A stretch of DNA of 64,000 nt from Hyphochytrium catenoides. Its lineage: Eukaryota; Protista; Hyphochytriomycota. The stretch covers positions 3,427-67,426 of the forward strand of contig FLMG01002090.1 of the NCBI GenBank assembly GCA_900088475.1, in the 5' to 3' direction. The position numbers and the translations under genes are program-made. Within the stretch, counting starts at the first letter, position 1. Every line of letters starts with the position of its first letter. The notes beneath the pieces are model-generated. The model made no database searches. It was not told the origin of the DNA and saw nothing but the letters and a program-made list of their open reading frames with translations. Of the stretch, positions 1 through 11,900 are shown piece by piece.

Positions 1-897
1 CCGAAGAGAGAGAAGACTTCCGAGGGACTGCGAAAGTTGGAAGGGAAGAGAGAGAACCTGGCGTTGGAAGCTGCCCATAGGCGTTCGTTGTACTGCCAGA
101 GTACGGCTGGAAGGGGAAGGTAGGCGTCTCGGGGATGCGAGAAGAGGAAAGACTCTGAGAGTCATGCTTTCCTTCCTTCCCTTTCTCCCCCGCAGAGGTG
201 GAAGAAGAGGTAGACTCGATCGTGATAGCGCGGCTAAGGGGCGATACCGCCACGGAATGATGCCCGTGAACCATGTTTGCAAGAGAGTTTATTGGAGAAA
301 GTGGGAGGGAGAGAGAGAGAGAGAGATAACAGATAAAGGAGAGAAACCAGAGGCGGCAGCTTCTAGAGATTGAGAGAAGCGCACGCTGAGGTCTCGGAGG
401 CTGGTAAGAAGGAGGCTGCCACTCGACAAATGAAGGCAGGAGAGAGAGAGACTAAGAGAGAGTGAGAGAGAGAGAGAGAGAGAGAGAAGAGAGAGGAGCT
501 TTGTGAAGCCCAGAGCTGCAGCACACTGTCCGAGAGAAGGGAAAGAAGGGAAGAGGATGGAAGAGTAAGAGCAACAGAGAAGAGAGAGAAACGCGCGTGG
601 ACCGAACTCTACTATCCCTGCGATGTGTCAGAGAAAAGGTCACCGCTCCAAATCTCCACAAGGGACCAAAAAAAAAGAAAGAAAGGGAGACAGAGAGACA
701 GAGAGACACACAGAGAGAGTGAGAGGTGTGGAGGGAGAGATATCAAAGCGTGAAGGCGAAAAGGAGGTGCTGCGGATTGAGAGAGAGAGAAAAGAGAGGA
801 AGGCGGAGAGAAAGAGGATAGTAAAACAAGGCTATTGAGTGAAAAAGTTGGGCCCGTTTTCTTCTCTTCGCTGCTGGGATTGGGCCATTATTGATAG

Positions 898-899
<2 letters not shown>

Positions 900-955
<56 letters not shown>

Positions 956-1105
956 TGTCTCTCTCTCCTCATTGTCCCTTCCTTGTTCTTTGTACTTGTA
1001 CTCCCTCTCTCTCCATGTCGCCGCCTTCCTCCAAATTTTTCTCTACGTTACTCTTAACAGTCCATCCTTAGAGCTCTCGTTTACTGCTTAACAAAGTGCC
1101 TCTCG

Positions 1106-1140
<35 letters not shown>

Positions 1141-1420
1141 CCTGCTGGCTCTTTCCGTCTCTCTGATCTCTAATAGTTTGCAGTTACAAAGTTCCCTGCC
1201 TACACTGCTCGTCGCCAGAAACTGAAGGGGAGCTCTTGAGCACAGTCTGGACAACGGAAAACATCAACCCGAAGAAAAGCAGGAACTTTTCCAAGCCGAT
1301 CGTCGCTCTCTTCCTCTGCTCGGGCCTCTCCTCCTTCTCACACTCTCTCCCCTCCTCGTTAATCTCCTCATGACGTTCACAAGCTCTCTCTCTCTCTCTC
1401 TCCCTCTCTCTCTTCTCCTC

Positions 1421-1476
<56 letters not shown>

Positions 1477-1677
1477 TCTTCTCTCTGCCATGGTGGAGGA
1501 AGAGAGGGAGAGCCGTAGTGGGGAGGAGGTGACGGGGAAGGGCGACGCTATTTTTGCACCGCTATTTTTGCCACCAAACAGCACAGGTGGCCGTTGGCGG
1601 CTTATTATGTAACGACCGCTTCCTCCATCCTCCCCATCTTTCTCTGTCTCTCTCTCTCTCTCTCTCTCTCACACAGA

Positions 1678-1713
<36 letters not shown>

Positions 1714-1790
1714 CTCTCTCTCTCTCTCTCTGTCTCTGTCTCTTTCTCTCTTACTCACTCTTCTCTGTTTCTCTCTCTCATCTCATAGGT
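900..1790. repeat. Cluster of (CT)n microsatellites and pyrimidine-rich low-complexity tracts
   Basis: Long CT runs at about 900-966, 1109-1140, 1385-1470 and 1640-1760. They generate the SLSLSL/ERERER pseudo-ORFs in the track. Confidence 0.95.
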
Positions 1791-3345
1791 CTCTGTCTCT
1801 CTCTTTTCCGTTTGCCTTCCAACGTTTCTTTCTTACGTGAGTCTCTTCTCCTCTCTCTCCTCTCTCAAGCGTCCCCCACCAAAACCTGTTGGGGCCATCC
1901 TACCTTTCTCTCTCAATATCTGTCGCACTTTTCTCTCTATGTCAATGCCTCTTTGCTGCCTGACAAAGAAGCCAGAAGAGTGAGCTTTCTCTTGGCTTCT
2001 CTTCCTATAGAACCTGTTCTTCCCACGTGCCAGCTCGTGTCTTCGGCATGCCTCGGCAGTCGAGGAAGGGGAGAAGAGGAGACAAGGGAGAGAAGGCCAC
2101 AAGAGGGACATGGGACGGCATTCCTCTCTCGTCCTCCTTACATCGAGGAGGAGCAGGGTCGTCAAGTCTGGATCTGTGTATATACACTTATTCACTCATG
2201 CTACGACGTTGTGCTTCTTCTTCCAGGGGACGAAGGAGAGAGAGAGAAATGCTGTTGCGGCGTCTGTCTTTCCTCTCTTTCTTTATTGACAAACATAAGC
2301 AGTCACATTCTCTAACTCCTTCTCGACCGATCTTTCCTCTTCTTCTCCTCCGAGGTACGATCCCGATCTGCTCATTCCGTTTCTTGATCCTTTTCTCTTA
2401 ATCTGGCTTATCGCTTCTTAGAGAAGGCTTGAAGCCGGCGGGAGAGAGAAAGAGAGAGAGAAAGATGGGAAGAAAGAGAACAAAAAGCGAGAGAGAAAAG
2501 GCCAAAAAACATGATGGAACGGCGTACAGAGCTGGCCCCTGACAGCGAAATGAGAGACAGAGTGAAAGACTGGATATAGAGTGGCATGATGAGAGTGCTA
2601 CCGGCGGCACTTTATCCATCCTAACCTCCGCCTAGTACTTTCTGCTTGGTAACCTACATTCATCCTAGCCGCGCATGGGCCCTTGTGATGCCCTGCGGCC
2701 TCCAATGGTCAGCAAAGGACCCTCAGCTGTGGCTCTAGCGTTAAAGCTAAAGAATATATCACATCCAAGAAGTCAGTATCCTTAGCTCTACCATCTCCTT
2801 CTTGATGACCCTGCTTCTTTCTCGTCCTACTTGGTCACTCTTCTTGTCTTTTCTTGGGCATCCATATTCCCTTAGATGGTGCGTCCAGGGCGGTCAAAGC
2901 GAGACAGGTTCCTTCTACAAAGCAAAGCAAAGGTGGCCTCCCTGTTGTTGAGGTTGACTAGCTAGTGCATACTGAGCGACGTGAGTGGATCTCCCCGCAA
3001 GGATGAGACCTAGGCTTTTGAGGCGCTGGGGTTGCGCCTTAAAGGCCGATGTGGGCCGCTATGGGAACGAGCAAGATGAGGCATCGTCAACAAGATGCAC
3101 ACACCAACCGTGCAGCAAACGCACTCCAGACTTCGGGGGATGCTGCTGGGAAGTCCAGGAACAAGTGCTCTCATTTTGACCATGATACAGCCAAGATTGC
3201 TTAGCGACCGCAACCACCTCGTCTCAAAACTTGCGGTGAAGGTAAGGATAAAGGCACTCATAGTCTAACTCCGATCAGGGCCGCTAGGGATTGAGGGTGA
3301 GCATGACTGGGACCGCTGCCGCCTATAGGTCTCGAACGCATCGAG

Positions 3346-4716
3346 CTAGGCACTCTGGAGCAGAGATTGGCCTTGCTGGGTTCTTACAAAGACAATCATT
3401 TGGTTTGTGCTCTTGTTCTCACTGTGTGTGAAGCAATGGTGGAGGTCCGCGATCACGTAGTTCAGTTCCTTGGCCAGAAACGCTATCAACTGGCCTACCA
3501 GCCTCCGTGTGCTGGCTCCTCTTCCAACCACGGTCTTCCCTAGCACCTCCACAGCAGGCCAGAAGGAGACATCCTTCAGGGTAAAAGCTTTAACAGCTCC
3601 ATCACACGTCTCCAACTCATCCGTGATCCCTGCTGGCCAGTTAGCACGCAGAAACTCTCGGATTGCCAATTGCACATCTCTTTTAGCGTCAAGAAGGGCT
3701 ATATCTGTGCCTGTCAGCTGCATACCGAAGAGTGCATCACGCTGAGCGTCAAACAACGGAGATCCGCGATAGGTAAAGAAAGAAGTCTGATAGTCCTGCA
3801 GGGAAAGCGGAATGGCGGGGCAAAGAGAGCCCCATCCTGCCTCCCAGAATGCTCTGTGCAGCCCCACAAGCAGCCGGAAGCTTGGCAGAAGATTCTTATA
3901 ACCTGAAATCTTCCTGAAGGACCCCATCCTCACAAAGGGAAAGCCTCTTAGCTTCACTGTCACTGTGTTCTCGCTCTGAACTTTCTCTTGCTGAATGGCA
4001 TCTGGCCTCCAGGTCTCTCTCATCACAGCGCGGAGGCGATCCAGCAGTGACGGAGGCACATCAACAAAGACGACAGAGTCATGGCTCACAATCCAAAGAC
4101 TTGAGATGGGGCTACTAGAGGAGAATGAAGAGTGGGCTGCAACGACTTCACCATACTGTGCAGCTGCTTTCGTAGTAGGGATCCGGCTTGATGCCGATGC
4201 TGATGACACTGCCCATGCTTGGGCAAGAGGAATGCTTGTCACCTCAGCATGATCCTTGTCCGACTCTGCTGCAGACGAAGGAGAAGGAGCAAATGCCGCT
4301 TGAAGGGGAAGGTGCTGCTCTAATTGTACCACATTACAAGGAGCCCTTGCAGTCCCAGCAGCTGGGAACGTCCCAGAATCCAGCTGGAGCGCTGCTGTCC
4401 CGCCTGTTACGATTGCGGAAGAAGACGAAGAAGAAGCTTCACCACCAGAGCCCCAGGTAGTGGCCCAGCCCACTGGTGGTGGGCGTGGTGGAGGAGCGTG
4501 AGCGCTAGCGTCTATGATGGCCGAGGAGGTGTGAACGGAAGCTGCTGCGCTGTCCAAACGCAAAGCAGAAGCGCTCTCTTTCCTATCAGAAGCCCGGTAA
4601 GACACTGCTAGTGCCACAGAGGACTGCCCTGGATGCTGTTCAGTGCTAGAAGACCTCAGGGAAGATGAGGGCAAGGGCTTCTCTTCTTCGTCCAGGCCAT
4701 GGCTTCTGTCCACCAT
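3346..4716 (-). CDS. Intronless 456-aa hypothetical protein: Ser/Ala/Pro-rich N-half plus two copies of an uncharacterised alpha/beta repeat
   Basis: ATG at 4716 and TAG at 3346-3348. Two alignable units: 'DSVVFVDVPPSLLDRLRAVMRETWRPDAIQQEKVQSENTVTVKLRGFPF' and 'TDIALLDAKRDVQLAIREFLRANWPAGITDELETCDGAVKAFTLKDVSFW'. This W-x-x-[GA]-I...[KT]L[RK] pattern resembles conserved fungal/animal hypothetical proteins (from recall). Confidence 0.8.
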   Translation of the reverse strand: MVDRSHGLDEEEKPLPSSSLRSSSTEQHPGQSSVALAVSYRASDRKESASALRLDSAAASVHTSSAIIDASAHAPPPRPPPVGWATTWGSGGEASSSSSSAIVTGGTAALQLDSGTFPAAGTARAPCNVVQLEQHLPLQAAFAPSPSSAAESDKDHAEVTSIPLAQAWAVSSASASSRIPTTKAAAQYGEVVAAHSSFSSSSPISSLWIVSHDSVVFVDVPPSLLDRLRAVMRETWRPDAIQQEKVQSENTVTVKLRGFPFVRMGSFRKISGYKNLLPSFRLLVGLHRAFWEAGWGSLCPAIPLSLQDYQTSFFTYRGSPLFDAQRDALFGMQLTGTDIALLDAKRDVQLAIREFLRANWPAGITDELETCDGAVKAFTLKDVSFWPAVEVLGKTVVGRGASTRRLVGQLIAFLAKELNYVIADLHHCFTHSENKSTNQMIVFVRTQQGQSLLQSA

Positions 4717-5878
4717 TCTACTCAGCCTGTGCTCCTCGGCACGACTGCTTGACTTGACTTCCTTGACCTGACTTCCTTGACCTCTCCTCTGCAGGCAAAG
4801 ATCTCTGCCCTATTGCGACGACAGACTTCAAGCACCTGCTGAGGACGGACGATGCGTCGGAAATTTGCTGACAAATCTGCCCCTGATACTCGTCTCTGAG
4901 AACAGAAAACATGTCAAATTGGTATTGTCTCCCCATCCACTAAGCAAAGCTCTTTAGCTTTCCTAGGGTGACATACATTCTCCTGAAGCCTTTATAGAAG
5001 AATCGCTGATTTTATAAAGTGCCCGCTGCATATCTTTGTATTCTGACATTGTTTTATCAGGGACCCCTTTAGAATACTCAAACTCCATTCCGCAAAGTTC
5101 CAGTGGCGAAGAACTAACGGAAGGAATTGGCATCCTGTTATGGTGGTTGAAAGAAGGGGAGACATGTTTCCACGAAACAAGGAAACATCTGCAATATTGC
5201 CTGGAGAAGTTCTGAGAGCCGTGCCATTGAACACAAGCACAAGTGGATTGTGGTATGCTGTGTGCTGTAAACCAAACCTAGCAGAATAGTATGAGCTCAA
5301 CCGCCACAATCGCATAATCTCTAATAAGAACCCCAACTCCAACAGCTTTCCGACTAGTTCTACTAGCAGGAGTCTTTTTTCAATTTGATTGCAATGGCCT
5401 TTCTTCTTCTGGCGTCTTTGAGGTCAAAAGACATGGCTTCCTCTTCTCGGACGAGAGGAGAGGGTTATTTGAGTGAAGGCATGTTTCTCGCAACCCAACC
5501 ACTGATTCTTCACTGATCCTTCAAAACCGTTCAAATTCTTGTCTACAGGAATGATAACCTGCTATTGTAGGACGTTGTCAATGAGAACGTTGTGACTCAG
5601 AAAGTGCAGAACCTTACAAGGCGTTACTTCTTCTAATAACCAAAATCTTTGTGTAGGGGCTTTTTCTTGTTGAAGCTTTCTATTGTTCTTCATTCTCACA
5701 TTTGGTGAGTTCCTGTACTGACTCCTTCTCCTCTAACCCCCCCCCCAAGATCCCTTCCTTGCGATTTCAGAACTCAGTCTGCATGTTCTGTTGAGAATCT
5801 CTTTCTGGAGCACCAAGCTTCAGCAGACGAACTGTGCTTGATATAGCTGTAAAGAAGAAGATAACCTCAGACCGTAAG

Positions 5879-8053
5879 ATGGCCTCACCACCTCGAAGGG
5901 CAAAAGGTACTCCGCCTACACCAATGCAGCAGAGGGAGAACACCAAGCAGGCTAATACCATCTTAAAGAGGTACAGAGCTCTTTGGGAGGAAAATCTTCC
6001 CGTCTGGAGCGAGCTCAAGACGAAAAGAGGATTTCAGGAGATAAAAGATGACGTCATGACAGAGACGGGCCTTACACAAGCCGAGGCGATAACGCATATT
6101 AAAAAGGCTTATCGGAATATGCGCCAGTATTGCCAAAGAAGGCGAGATCGATTCATAGCGGAGCTTGATGAGATTGACTTTGACGCCGTGCAGCGGGATG
6201 ATGTCGACTTTCAAGCGGCGTCGGCTCCAGATCAGTTAACTGAGACAGAATGTGTTTGGACCCCAGTACCGCAACCGATCATGGCTCTGGCAGCACTTGC
6301 TCCCAGCCTAAAGAGACTTGGAGTGTGGAGGAAACTTGGGGACAGAGCGGCAGAAGTCCTTTTTGAGAAGCTTCTTAAGGGTACGGATAAGCCGAAAACA
6401 GAGGAGCTTTTTCTATGGGACAACAATATATCCGACGTAGGTGCTATAGCACTGGCCAGCGCACTAGAAGACAACAAGACTTTGAAGACGCTTACCGTAT
6501 TCCTCAACATGATAGGTCATGAGGGGGTAAGAGCGTTAGCCGAGGTGCTCAGCAACGGCAAGGTTGCTCTTCAACAGCTTCGTTTGAAGCTTGGGCGTAT
6601 CAAAGATGAGGATGTGATAGTCCTGGCAGAGGCACTTCAGAACAACAATACCCTGACAGCTGTAAGCCTACGTAATAACCACATTGGCAGAGACGGCGCA
6701 GTGGCAATGGCCAATTTAGTAAAGGTAAACACTACCTTAAGAGAGCTAGCGATTGGCCACAGCAGTATTGGTATTGGCGATGCGGGTGCGAAGTACTTAG
6801 CCGAAGCACTTCAAGGATCAAGGACAGTGTTGGAGTACATCGATCTGGACGGTAACAAGATCGGGGATGAGGGTGCAGCGGCTATGGCGCGGGTACTTAA
6901 GAAAAAAACAAAGGAAAACGGAGCCTTAATGGGTCTCTCTCTAGAATCAAATTGTATTAGTGCGGTTGGTGCGGAAGAATTGGCCATTAGCCTAAAGGAT
7001 AACACTAGCCTGCAAGAACTACACCTCTACCGCAATAGAATCGGTGATTGCGGTGCTATTGCCTTTAGAGATGTATTAATGGCCAATGAGTCCCTGAAGA
7101 AAGTCGATTTAGGGCACAACGAGATCTCTGCAAGAGGTGCACATGCTATAGCCTCCGCGCTCCTCCCAACCTCTGGACTAACATGGCTTAACTTGTCAGA
7201 CAACTCTGTGGGTGATGAGGGAGCGAAAGCCTTAGCCCAAGCGCTGAGAGGTTGTCCTTTGGTGTATCTTGATCTAGGCGAAAGCCAAATCGCTAGGAAT
7301 GGGGCTGGTTACCTGTCAGACGCTCTCAAGCACAATCGTACTTTGCAGGAGCTCCGCCTCAGCTGCTGCGGTATGGCCAACAGCGGTGCGATAGCCCTTA
7401 GCGAAGGCCTAGAAGGAAACGTCACCTTACGGTCAATTGACCTACGGGAGAACGCAATCACTGCCAGTGGAGCAGTAGCACTTGTAAGTGCGCTCGGCGG
7501 TACGGATTCTGTGGTACAACATCTTGATTTGGGGACCAATAGCATTGGTGATTATGGCGCAGAGCAATTAAAGGAGGCAATCCTCAAAAAAAGAAAAAAA
7601 GACGGCTCCAGGTTGTTCGGCCTTAGCTTGGTGGAGAATAACGTTAGTGTCAAAGGCGCCACTTCTTTGGCAGAAGTACTCAAAGCGAATCCTGCATTGC
7701 AGCGGCTTGATCTAACTTTGAATCAGCTTGGTGATTTCGGTGTACAACGTCTCGCTGATGCGCTTAAGTTCAACAGTCGCCTGCATGAACTCCGTCTCGG
7801 AGATGTCGACACTGGTGATTATGGTGTCGAGAGCTTAGCCACGACCCTTGCAGAGAACCACAGCTTAATTGAACTCGACCTGGCAGGTAACAAAATTACT
7901 GCCAGTGGGGCAAGAAGGCTCGCTTTGGCGCTTCTTCTCGGCAACAAGACCCTGAAGAGACTTAACCTAAGCTATAATCCTATCAACGCTGACGAGTTCG
8001 AAGCACTAAGCCCAGGAGATTTCAGTCTTTCTCTGGAAGAGCTCGATGTGTGA
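5879..8053 (+). CDS. Intronless ribonuclease-inhibitor-type (28-aa) leucine-rich-repeat protein with a small N-terminal helical (MADF/Myb-like) domain
   Basis: First in-frame ATG at 5879 (the track starts at a GTG). About 19 repeats of LxxLxLxxNxIxxxGAxxLAxAL, e.g. 'LQELHLYRNRIGDCGAIAFRDVLMANES'. No Walker A/NACHT motif is present. Confidence 0.92.
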   Translation: MASPPRRAKGTPPTPMQQRENTKQANTILKRYRALWEENLPVWSELKTKRGFQEIKDDVMTETGLTQAEAITHIKKAYRNMRQYCQRRRDRFIAELDEIDFDAVQRDDVDFQAASAPDQLTETECVWTPVPQPIMALAALAPSLKRLGVWRKLGDRAAEVLFEKLLKGTDKPKTEELFLWDNNISDVGAIALASALEDNKTLKTLTVFLNMIGHEGVRALAEVLSNGKVALQQLRLKLGRIKDEDVIVLAEALQNNNTLTAVSLRNNHIGRDGAVAMANLVKVNTTLRELAIGHSSIGIGDAGAKYLAEALQGSRTVLEYIDLDGNKIGDEGAAAMARVLKKKTKENGALMGLSLESNCISAVGAEELAISLKDNTSLQELHLYRNRIGDCGAIAFRDVLMANESLKKVDLGHNEISARGAHAIASALLPTSGLTWLNLSDNSVGDEGAKALAQALRGCPLVYLDLGESQIARNGAGYLSDALKHNRTLQELRLSCCGMANSGAIALSEGLEGNVTLRSIDLRENAITASGAVALVSALGGTDSVVQHLDLGTNSIGDYGAEQLKEAILKKRKKDGSRLFGLSLVENNVSVKGATSLAEVLKANPALQRLDLTLNQLGDFGVQRLADALKFNSRLHELRLGDVDTGDYGVESLATTLAENHSLIELDLAGNKITASGARRLALALLLGNKTLKRLNLSYNPINADEFEALSPGDFSLSLEELDV

Positions 8054-8088
8054 CCTGCTCACCGGCTTCCGCTTTAGGTAAAAAGGTA

Positions 8089-8170
8089 GTATTGTCAACG
8101 CTGGCTCTCCTTGAAATCTTTTGTTTGTAGGTATTGTCAACGCTGGCTCTCCTTGCAATCTTTTTGTTTG
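8089..8170 (+). repeat. 42-bp-period tandem duplication (2 copies) just downstream of the LRR gene
   Basis: gtattgtcaacgctggctctccttg[a/c]aatctttt(t)gtttg at 8089-8127 and 8131-8170. Confidence 0.9.
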
Positions 8171-8302
8171 CCATTCGTAGTTCCCCGCCGTAGCTTATGA
8201 GGTAGAAAGCGTTTTGAGTTCACTGCCCTATATGGGTACATCTAAGAAAAGTTTAATAGTTAACCATAGCTAGCGCCGCATATGGATCAAGTAGTAAATC
8301 TT

Positions 8303-8954
8303 CTAAAGCAGCGTCTCAAAGTAGCCTCCCTCGATGCCATGATGGTCGGCCATAGGCGTTCCTCCTCCGTCTTTACCGCTTTCATCAGCAGCCAGATCAC
8401 TGACAAGAGATACTGTTGCTTGTAGACCAATTTCATCGGTGCCTTGACTCATACTTGACTTTGGAGAGTTGGTCGTGACAATAGGGTTGCTAGGTAGCGG
8501 TTGCTTCACCACTACGCCACGACGGCGTATCTCAGTGTACACGACCACACTGAGCTTCACCGTCGCGCCCAAAAGTAAAAACGTTGTTATTGTCGCGGTT
8601 ACGGGATCACCGTCGCCTTTGCCATATTGGAGCGCGATGGCTAAAATTCCAAAGACACACTTCAATGTGGTAGCGATCTTCTCAAAGCAGCCGTCCCTTT
8701 CGTGGTGATGGGCATCACAGCCAATCTTCTTTGGACCATATTGCAATGTGTCAACCCGCATAAGGTAGAAAAGGTACTATATAATGACCTTGAATCCGAG
8801 ATCTCTTCGAGCCGACTCTGCCTGTGAGTCCGTGCCTGTAGTCTTCAATATATGATTCTTGTCCTTCACCCAGCTCAGAACTTGCGAAGTGAGCTCGGTT
8901 GGACATCTTGCCCCAGCTACAAAAGCAACAGCAAGCAGGTAGCTCGGTCTTCAT
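8303..8954 (-). pseudogene. Possible small membrane-protein gene or relic
   Basis: The 152-aa ORF has two hydrophobic segments (VFGILAIAL; TATITTFLLLGATVKLSVVVY). The same frame stays open about 55 codons upstream of a single TAG (...GFKVII*YLFYLMRVD...). No family recognised. Confidence 0.3.
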
Positions 8955-11900
8955 CTTCCTCCAGTGTCAAGGGAGTCTGTGGTGCACTTTGAGTGAACTT
9001 TGATTTATGAATGTCTGCTGCTTGTTTGCGTCTTTTTGCGTCTATCTACATTTTTCTGCGTCTTTCTGCGTCTTTCTGCGTCTCATCTTCTCGAGGATGC
9101 TGTTTGATTGTGATGATTTCTTGGACTTGGTAATCTATCCTAAACGAAAGGGGCATCAACAGCTCTGGTTATTTTTACCCTTGAAGAGGTTTGATTTAGA
9201 CTAAGCAATCTTTGATATTTGGAAGGGAGAATGGTTGTCTTTCTATCTATTGCATTTCGCGGTCAGAAGGAGGAGGAAAGGCGAACTTCTTAGTTCTATA
9301 GGACTGGTGGGCCATTCTCAACTTTGCCAAACATGTTCAAAAAGACAGAGAGGAAGAGAAAGCATGAATACCTTTCATCTCTCTGTAAGGTCATTGGAGA
9401 GGAGGGATTGCTGTCTCCTTGATTGCCCCACAGTTGCTCTTTCATCGGTCAATGCCTGGCCCTAGTAGAATCCGGGTGAGTGAGGTTCTAATTACGCTCT
9501 TCTTTTCTTTTTGGCCTATTATTAGTTTAGTTCTTTTAGCGTCGTACATATTTGCATCTCTTCATTTTCTTCGAACGGTAGTCGATTATTATTATATTAT
9601 ACACTCCTTTCTAATTTCTAGCCGAGCAAAAAGGCTGCTATCAGAGACGGGCCATCGGGTAGACCTTTCCGCTACGGTGAATCCAGTGGCCACGGGAGAG
9701 AGCGCTACGTCTTACCCGCCGCGTCAAGCTCATTATCTATATCATGAACAGTATGAGAGGAGGAGAATGCCTGACTGGGGTAAGAAAAACGTGCAACAAC
9801 GTGCGACGCGTCTTGCAGCTTGGAATAGCGTTCAGAGCATTGAATTCGGGGCATCAAAATCCGACACCTTTCTTCCAGTGGAACTTCTTCCTCCTTGGAT
9901 CATTGATAGCGAGAAGTCCGCGTTGTTCTTTGTCGTCTCGAAGAAGAGCTGACTGAGGAAGCAGTTGACCTCTTTAAAATTTTTGAGCTCTGCTAGATTT
10001 ATACGAGTTGTATTATGGTATCTTAAAAATAGAACTAGCAAGTGCTTCAGCCGCTGCAAACCTCCTGAAACTGTGGAGCTAATCGATCTTGCCCTCGCAA
10101 ATCTCTGTTAGGACTGTGAGTTGTATCCGGTATATAGTCCCTGGTCACTCTTCCTCTTATCTGTCTGGTGCTCTTCTTGCTCATCAGCGCTATTGCAACT
10201 TTCGTCACTTTCCTTATGTTGTCCTTGTCTAGTCCTCTTCCTCTTGTATCTCAGTTCTCGTTATCACCCGTTCGTCGCTCTATTTAGCCGTTCAAAGAGG
10301 AAGACCTTGACCGCTAGGCGATACTCCTCTTGCTCTTTGTTCTATCTTCTTTCACTCTGATGCAAGGAGTAGAGTATGGCTAGGAAGTTTTGCTGGTGGA
10401 ACAACCAGCTGTTGCTCCTGCCACTACTACTTTGACGACTACTTCTACTACTGTTACTTCTTTTTTTGTCTCTAGTCATTCTGCAAAGTGTACACCAAAG
10501 AAGAATGGCCTCTTCCCCATCTTCTCACCAACGAACACCGCGGCCCTCAGGAGAACTATGCGGTGATGACCAACTTAACGGTGATGACGACAATTAGAAG
10601 ATTAAGTGAGGAAAGGGAAAGAGAAGGTATCTCATATCATCAATCAGTAGTGATATCAGCACTGGCACCTTAGTTGGTTGGTTAAATATCAAGAAGCCCA
10701 TCACGCTCGCCTTTATGAGGCGCTTAAGACAGGTGCTGCTTCTAATGGCTGATCATAATAGGAGTCTCCTGGCGCCAGAAGAGTAAAAGCATGAGACGAC
10801 ACAGCGGCCATTAGGTGATGTCGCAATAACTAATAAGAACTGTGCTTGACTTCAGCGCACTTCGACTTCTGCGCCAACCGTTTTCAGCGGTCCTAGCTTT
10901 ATGAGCGACCATCTCAATTGCCATAAACAGGGTTCTGAGGTGGAGGCCGCCTACTCTACGGCAACAGCTGCAGCTGCCCTTCGCTAGTGTGATCACAGTG
11001 CTTGCAACTCATCATTATTTTTTTGTATAGCAAATGTATGGGCATCTCTATTCCCCAATGAGGTAATGCAGTTTTGTGCCGTTGGAGAGTTGGCTACACT
11101 TGGAGAGCGCACAGCAGACTTGGAGGATCTCCACACCAAATGTCGGGACAGCATAACCCTAAGCAGGAGGTACTCCGGAGTCAGCGCTTTCATAGGAAGA
11201 CCAGCTGAGCTTCATAATAGAAGGGCTCGAGCTGCAGAATTTCTGGAGCTTCAGCTGGCCTTCTGATCTGTCATAATGACATGACAAGGGACTGCTGGAT
11301 AGTTACAGTAGCAGGGCGGTAGGTCCAATTCACTGTTACAATAATTCCCCAAGTAACAAGTATTCCTTCCTGTTACAGTACTTGTACCTGTCACTTACCC
11401 ACCTACGATCCCCCAGTTCAGTTCCCCCTCTCCCCACCTCTAAAGACAAAACGTTGTTGTAAAAGTACCGACGCCACAGAGGTGCGTATATGGCAGGTAC
11501 AAGTACTACAAGTACTTACACCCCCACTGACGCAAGTACAGCTATTGGTCTACTATTCATCACTCCACTTATTCAAGTCACCCCAACTAACAACTAAACA
11601 GAGTACTTGGTACTTAGCCATAGCAAGATGTAGCCTTATCTAACAGCAGCTGCACGCGTACGACGCACAATCCCCACAACTACTTTTTTGGCGGCGGAGA
11701 TTTGGTCATCGAAGCGGCTCTGAGCCTCAGAAAATAGAGTTCCAGAGACCGAAGACCAGACACGCAGATCCAGAGATCCAATGAAGATCCAGCAGAGACA
11801 GGGTAGGCAGGCAAGGTGGGACGCAGCGATGCTGAGGTGCCCCAGGACAAGGTGGGACAATCAAGGTGTTGTCTGCTTCCTCTTCCTTGACCAGTCATCT

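Noticed and set aside
164-2619. Many ORFs in the first 2.6 kb (SLSLSL/ERERER-rich)
   Set aside because: They are translations of CT/GA microsatellites. Small exons of a gene crossing the window start may exist, but I could not build a consistent model.
5879-8053. NLR/NOD-like immune receptor call for the LRR gene
   Set aside because: Similarity would be limited to the LRRs; there is no P-loop or NACHT domain in or near the ORF.
8089-8170. CRISPR-like repeat
   Set aside because: Only two nearly adjacent copies with a 3-bp gap, no spacers, no cas genes, and a eukaryotic context.
8770-8785. In-frame TAG as a sign of stop-codon reassignment or readthrough
   Set aside because: Well-supported genes here end in TAG, TGA and TAA and have no internal stops; a relic or chance frame is simpler.
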